32,000 nt of DNA. Source: Candidatus Saccharimonadota bacterium (GTDB taxonomy: Bacteria > Pseudomonadota > Gammaproteobacteria > Enterobacterales > Enterobacteriaceae). Where the stretch lies: NCBI GenBank assembly GCA_049942775.1, contig CP188087.1, positions 150,001 through 182,000 on the forward strand. The letters run 5' to 3'. Position 1 is the stretch's first letter. Each line of letters opens with the position of its first letter. Position numbers and translations under genes: made by a program. The notes beneath the pieces were generated by a model that made no database searches, was not told the DNA's origin, and saw only the letters and a program-made list of their open reading frames with translations. Shown piece after piece: positions 27,722-32,000 of the stretch.

Positions 27722-28264
27722 ATTTTCAAAATTAAATTAGTTGTTGGGATTTCTAATCCAAGCAAGGATTTTGGAAAAACTAGACATAATATTGGATCTT
27801 GGATGTTGTATAATTTAGTTAATAAATATAAAGGAAAATTTATAAAAAATAAAAAATTTTATGGACATGTTTCTAGTATAATTTTAAAAAACAGAAAAAT
27901 TAAATTTTTAATTCCAGATATTTATATGAACATCAACGGACGTTCTGTTTTTTCTTTGGCTTATTATTATAAAATAAAATTAAGTGAAATATTAATAGTT
28001 CATGATGATATAGATTTGTTTCCTGGTGACATAAAAATCAAATATGGAAATGGACATGGAGGTCACAACGGATTAAGAAGTATAATTTCTATTTTTAAAG
28101 AAAAAGTTAGTTTTTATCGAGTTAGAATTGGAATTGGTCGTCCTTTATTTAAAAATCAAGTATCTAAATATGTTTTAGATGAACCTAGTAAAAATGAATA
28201 TCGTTTAATTGTTAGTTCTATTAGCAAAAATATTTTAGAGATAGAGAAAATTTTTTTTTGTTAA
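27722..28264 (+). CDS. pth: Peptidyl-tRNA hydrolase; proposed non-canonical ATT start
   Basis: The first ATG (27803) gives a 153-aa ORF. The same frame is open back to the TGA at 27689 and encodes IFKIKLVVGISNPSKDFGKTRHNIGSW, which aligns with E. coli Pth [26 protein letters not shown] and includes the catalytic Asn/His region. No ATG/GTG/TTG lies in frame in 27692-27802. The ATT at 27722 sits 8 nt after an AAGGA SD (27709-27713). The downstream part has HDD.DL.PG..K.K.G.GHGGHNGL and R.RIGIGRP. Confidence 0.8.
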   Translation: MFKIKLVVGISNPSKDFGKTRHNIGSWMLYNLVNKYKGKFIKNKKFYGHVSSIILKNRKIKFLIPDIYMNINGRSVFSLAYYYKIKLSEILIVHDDIDLFPGDIKIKYGNGHGGHNGLRSIISIFKEKVSFYRVRIGIGRPLFKNQVSKYVLDEPSKNEYRLIVSSISKNILEIEKIFFC

Positions 28265-28330
28265 GTCTATATAACGTATTTATTAAATATATATTTAAAA
28301 TTAGTTAATTTTTAAATGGTAAAAAATTAA

Positions 28331-29407
28331 ATGAGTTTAAAATGTGGAATAATTGGATTACCTAATGTTGGTAAATCAACATTATTTAATGCTTTGACAA
28401 ATTTAAATATTGATGCAAAAAATTATCCTTTTTGTACAATTCTTCCAAATTTTGGTAATGTTGCTATTTTTGATACTAGATTGCATAAATTAGCAAAAAT
28501 AGTACCTACAAAAAAGATCACAAATACTTTTATAGAATTTGTTGACGTAGCAGGATTAATAAAAGGAGCTTCTAAAGGAGAAGGTTTAGGAAATAAATTT
28601 TTATCTGACATTCGAAATACTGATGCAATTTTTCATGTTGTTCGATGTTTTGAAGATGATTCTATTGTTCATGTTAATGGAAAAATATCTCCAATAGAAG
28701 ATATTGAAATTATTAATTCTGAATTAATTCTTTCAGATTATAATATTTGTAAAAACAATTTAAATAAAATTAAAAACAATAAAAAAAAAAATTTTATTGT
28801 AGATAAAAAAAGAATTAACATTTTAGAAAAATGTTTTGAACATTTAAATAATTTAAACATGTTAAGTACGCTTTTGTTAAACAAAACAGAAAAATTATAT
28901 GTTAAAGAATTTAATTTTTTAACAATAAAACCGATGTTATACATCGCAAATATTCACAATGATAAAAAAAGTATATATTTTGTTGAACAAATTACTAATT
29001 ATTTTAATCAAAAAGAGAAGATTTTTTCTGTTTTTTTAAAAAAAGATAGTAATGAATGTTTTTATTCCAATTCAAATAATAAGTTAAAAAAACAGTTTTT
29101 TTCTGATCAAATAAAGGATATTTCTTTTTCTGCGTTAAAATTATTAAATCTTCATACGTTTTTTACGGTAGGAAAAAAAGAAATAAAATCTTGGACTATA
29201 AAGAAAAATAGCACTGTTAGAGAAGCTGCAAGAAAAATTCATAGCGATTTTTTTCGTGGTTTTATTAAAGCAAAAGTTATTAGTTTTAATGATTTTGTAT
29301 CTTTAAAAGAAAAAAAATTGGTTAAAAATCCAGGAAAATTCAGAATTGAAGGAAAAGATTATATTGTTCAAGACGGTGACATTTTAAATTTTTTATTCCA
29401 AGTATAA
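28331..29407 (+). CDS. ychF: Ribosome-binding ATPase YchF (Obg-family GTPase/ATPase)
   Basis: 358 aa. G1 motif GIIGLPNVGKSTLFNALT, then FPFCTI.PN.G, F.D.AGL.KGAS.GEGLGN.FL..IR..DAI.HVVRCF, and a C-terminal TGS-like domain (FFT.G..E..SWTI......EAA..IHSDF.RGFI.A.V.). Conserved pth-ychF adjacency. Contains an A11 run at 28781-28791. Confidence 0.95.
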   Translation: MSLKCGIIGLPNVGKSTLFNALTNLNIDAKNYPFCTILPNFGNVAIFDTRLHKLAKIVPTKKITNTFIEFVDVAGLIKGASKGEGLGNKFLSDIRNTDAIFHVVRCFEDDSIVHVNGKISPIEDIEIINSELILSDYNICKNNLNKIKNNKKKNFIVDKKRINILEKCFEHLNNLNMLSTLLLNKTEKLYVKEFNFLTIKPMLYIANIHNDKKSIYFVEQITNYFNQKEKIFSVFLKKDSNECFYSNSNNKLKKQFFSDQIKDISFSALKLLNLHTFFTVGKKEIKSWTIKKNSTVREAARKIHSDFFRGFIKAKVISFNDFVSLKEKKLVKNPGKFRIEGKDYIVQDGDILNFLFQV

Positions 29408-29416
29408 AAAGATATA

Positions 29417-29438
29417 AGAGAGGAAAATTTTCCTCTCT
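29417..29438. terminator. Bidirectional rho-independent terminator between convergent ychF and thrC
   Basis: agagagg (29417-29423) pairs with cctctct (29432-29438), a 7-bp G/C-rich stem. The self-complementary aaaatttt centre can extend it. T-rich tracts follow on both strands (caaaaattattttttatttttt on the plus strand, tatatctttttat on the minus strand). It is the most G/C-rich hairpin seen in any spacer of this window. Confidence 0.7.
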
Positions 29439-29451
29439 CAAAAATTATTTT

Positions 29452-30741
29452 TTATTTTTTTAATAAAAACTCTTTTAGTTTTTCAAAGTTTAATTTTAAT
29501 TTTTTAGATAACAGTGGTAGTCTATCTCTTATTAAGAGTGATGGTGGTATGGTGATTTTTGTTTTTAGAATATTTTCTACTGTTTCCTTAAATTTTGCAG
29601 GATGAGCAGTTCCTAAAAATAATCCAAGTTGTTTATTATTTATGTTTTTATTTAAAAGATTAAAAGCAATAGATGCATGTGGTTCTGATATATATCCTAA
29701 ATTTTTTAGTTCTTTTAAGCTAGATATTGTTTCTTTTTCGGAAACGCTTCCAAAACCTAATTTTTTTAATTTCCAGTTTTTTCTATTAAATAATTCTTCA
29801 ACTCTGACCCAATTATTGGGTTGACTGATATCCATGGCATTGGAAATAGTAGAAATTGTATTTTTTGGGTTCCATATTCCTGTTTTTAAAAATCTTGGAA
29901 TAGTATCATTTGAATTAGTAGCCGCAATGAAAGATTTTATTTTTAATCCTAAAGATTTTGCTAATAATCCAGCAGTTAAATTTCCAAAATTTCCACATGG
30001 AATTGATATTATTAGTTCTTTTTTTTTATGTTCTTCTGGAATTAGAGAATATGCTTCGAAGTAATAACATATTTGTGCGAATAATCTACTAACATTTATA
30101 GAATTTGCTGAATTAAGTCCTGTATTATTTCTTATTTCACTATCATTAAATGCTTGTTTTACTAATGCTTGACATTCATCAAATGTTCCATTTATTGCAA
30201 TTGCTGTAATATTATTTCCTAAGGTACAAAATAATTTTTCTTGATATTTGCTAATTTTACCCTTCGGATATAAAATTATTACTCGAACATTTTTAATTTT
30301 ATAAAAAGCATGAGCTACAGCAGCTCCAGTATCTCCAGATGTTGCAGTAAGTATTGTCGTAATCTCGTTTTTATTTAAATGGGATAATATTTGTGCCATG
30401 AACCTTGCACCAAAATCTTTAAATGCTAGTGTCGGACCATGAAATAGTTCTAGACAAAAAATATTTTCTTTAACTTTTTTTAGTTCTGGAATCGGAAAAG
30501 AGAACGATTTTTTTACAAATTTAAATAAAAATTCTTCTTCGATTTCATCTCCAATAAGTATCGAAAGAATTTTTGAACTTCTTTTTATAAAGTTCATTTT
30601 TAGTAATTTTCTAAGTTTTTCTTTTCTTAAAACAGGTAGTTCTGTTGGAAAAAACAAACCCTGTTTTTTTCCTAGTCCTAATTTTACAGCTTGTGAAAAA
30701 TTTACTATTTCATTTTTATCTTTTAAATTATATAATTTCAT
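29452..30741 (-). CDS. thrC: Threonine synthase
   Basis: 429 aa. MKLYNLKD.NE.V.F.QAV..GLGK.QGLFFP, LELFHGPTLAFKDFG.RFMAQ.L, the PLP region ILTATSGDTGAAVAHAF, LNSANSIN.SRL.AQICYYFEA and LFLGTAHPAKFKE.VE.IL are almost colinear with E. coli ThrC. Confidence 0.96.
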   Translation of the reverse strand: MKLYNLKDKNEIVNFSQAVKLGLGKKQGLFFPTELPVLRKEKLRKLLKMNFIKRSSKILSILIGDEIEEEFLFKFVKKSFSFPIPELKKVKENIFCLELFHGPTLAFKDFGARFMAQILSHLNKNEITTILTATSGDTGAAVAHAFYKIKNVRVIILYPKGKISKYQEKLFCTLGNNITAIAINGTFDECQALVKQAFNDSEIRNNTGLNSANSINVSRLFAQICYYFEAYSLIPEEHKKKELIISIPCGNFGNLTAGLLAKSLGLKIKSFIAATNSNDTIPRFLKTGIWNPKNTISTISNAMDISQPNNWVRVEELFNRKNWKLKKLGFGSVSEKETISSLKELKNLGYISEPHASIAFNLLNKNINNKQLGLFLGTAHPAKFKETVENILKTKITIPPSLLIRDRLPLLSKKLKLNFEKLKEFLLKK

Positions 30742-30744
30742 TTA

Positions 30745-31677
30745 TTATCCTATTTTTCTAGTTCCTATTGGATCTATTTTGCAAATACATACAAATCCTT
30801 TGTCTTTATTTATATAGTTATTTTTTAAAGTTAAAGCTATTTTTTTTGCAGTAATCATGTCACGACTAATTGCAAAAAAGCTAGGTCCTGAACCAGATAT
30901 TCCACAACTTATTGCTCCATCTCTTTTTACCATGGATTTTACTTTTTTAAAATTAGGAAGTAATTTTAATCTATATGGTTCAGCAATAATATCTTCCATA
31001 GATTTTGCTGCTAGTATTTCTTGATTAGTATAAGATGCATGAATAAAAGTTGCTAAATTTCTACTATGTTGAACACAAGTAGAATTACTGTATGTATTTG
31101 GTAATATAGATCTAGATTGTAAAGTTGATATATGTGTTCCTGGCCATGCAACAATCCATAACCAATTTTTAAAATATGGAATTCTTTGTCCAATAATATT
31201 TTCTTTTTGTACAATTATTTGTATACCACCTGAATAACATGGGTAAACATTATCATAGTGAACATTTCCTGAAAGATTTCCTTCTAGTTTTCCCATTAAA
31301 AGAATTTTTTCTTTATTGGAAAGTTTCTTTATTTTTGAAAATTCGTTTAGTGCAGTTATTGTTCCTACAATGGAACATGCGCTGGATCCTATCCCAGATC
31401 CAATTGGCATATTTTTTTCTAAAATAATTTTTATAGGAATATCTTTTTTGATTTTTTTACAAAAAAGTTTCCAGCATTTATAAACGATATTGTCTTCATT
31501 TTTTTTTGGAAGTTGATGTTTGAAAATTCCAGTATTAATCAATTTAAAACAATGATTAGATGATATTGAGATTGTGTCTCCTAAATTAGTACCATCTATT
31601 GGTTTAATAGCAGCTCCTAAAACATCGAAACCTACTCCTATATTACCAATAGAAGCAGGTGAATAAATTTTAATCAT
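30745..31677 (-). CDS. thrB: Homoserine kinase
   Basis: 310 aa. [19 protein letters not shown] and the GHMP kinase motif [12 protein letters not shown]. The stop lies 3 nt before the thrC ATG. AGGAA SD upstream. Confidence 0.95.
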   Translation of the reverse strand: MIKIYSPASIGNIGVGFDVLGAAIKPIDGTNLGDTISISSNHCFKLINTGIFKHQLPKKNEDNIVYKCWKLFCKKIKKDIPIKIILEKNMPIGSGIGSSACSIVGTITALNEFSKIKKLSNKEKILLMGKLEGNLSGNVHYDNVYPCYSGGIQIIVQKENIIGQRIPYFKNWLWIVAWPGTHISTLQSRSILPNTYSNSTCVQHSRNLATFIHASYTNQEILAAKSMEDIIAEPYRLKLLPNFKKVKSMVKRDGAISCGISGSGPSFFAISRDMITAKKIALTLKNNYINKDKGFVCICKIDPIGTRKIG

Positions 31678-31700
31678 TTTTTATTATTCCTGTTTAGATA

Positions 31701-32000
31701 CTATGATAGTACTCTAAGTAAATCTGAAAATACTCCAGAAGCTGTAATTTCGTTTCCAGCTCCATATCCTCTTAGTACTAAAGGAATAGGATTATAATAT
31801 TTTGTATAAAATATCAATGCATTTTCTCCATTTTTTATATCGTATAACGGATCAGTTTTTTTTATTTTTTCAATTTTTACTCGACATTCTCCTTTATTGT
31901 TAATAGTGCCAACTAACCTAAGTACTCTACCAACCTTTTTTGCAATTTCAATTTTTTTTCTAAATTCTTCGTTTGTTTTTTTTAGTTCCAACATAAATGA
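31701..32000 (-). CDS. thrA: Bifunctional aspartokinase I / homoserine dehydrogenase I, C-terminal end (gene continues beyond the window)
   Basis: The C-terminal sequence ...[26 protein letters not shown] matches the end of the E. coli ThrA homoserine dehydrogenase domain ([24 protein letters not shown]). thrA-thrB-thrC operon order on the minus strand. Confidence 0.9.
   Translation of the reverse strand, partial: SFMLELKKTNEEFRKKIEIAKKVGRVLRLVGTINNKGECRVKIEKIKKTDPLYDIKNGENALIFYTKYYNPIPLVLRGYGAGNEITASGVFSDLLRVLS

Noticed and set aside
27803-28264. The 153-aa ORF starting at ATG 27803, taken as the complete pth gene
   Set aside because: It would lack the conserved N-terminal ~27 residues, which are clearly encoded in frame just upstream (27722-27802). 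The extended non-canonical-start model is more consistent with homology.
1-32000. Mobile elements, prophage genes, toxin-antitoxin or defence systems, CRISPR arrays, rRNA/tRNA genes, DnaA-box clusters
   Set aside because: I looked for transposase or integrase-like ORFs, regularly spaced repeats, tRNA T-arm signatures (found only in ssrA) and TTATCCACA-type boxes. None is present, and all large ORFs are accounted for by housekeeping genes.

Overview
The window is extremely AT-rich and gene-dense. It has no mobile elements, no CRISPR array and no rRNA or tRNA genes. Every long ORF is a recognisable gamma-proteobacterial housekeeping gene, identified by aligning the translations from memory against E. 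coli K-12 homologues. The gene order is nuoJKLMN, folC, prs(-), prfA, sirB1/ychA, ackA, pta, yfaE-nrdB-nrdA-gyrA(-), a DUF2076-like gene, ahpC(-), ung, grpE(-), nadK, ssrA tmRNA(-), grxD, rnt(-), sodA, pth, ychF, thrCBA(-). This order, the composition and the Lys/Asn/Ile-rich proteins match my recollection of Buchnera aphidicola, the reduced-genome aphid endosymbiont. No search could be run to confirm the strain. I see no novel multi-gene system; this is core-genome sequence. The points worth a second look are small-scale. (1) pth has no ATG/GTG/TTG upstream of its catalytic residues and probably starts at ATT after an AAGGA Shine-Dalgarno (SD). (2) A near-consensus sigma-32 heat-shock promoter plus a strong SD lies upstream of grpE. 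(3) grpE carries an in-frame A19 homopolymer, and A10-A12 tracts occur in several other genes, all slippage-prone. (4) prmC/hemK is absent between prfA and sirB1, and the spacer holds a perfect 32-bp palindrome. (5) The tmRNA gene has no encoded CCA and a lysine-containing tag. (6) Several intergenic repeats with G/C content are statistically unexpected. (7) GyrA lacks its acidic C-terminal tail. (8) Two proteins of unknown function (SirB1 and the DUF2076-like protein) are retained in a minimal genome. All antisense ORFs in the track look spurious.
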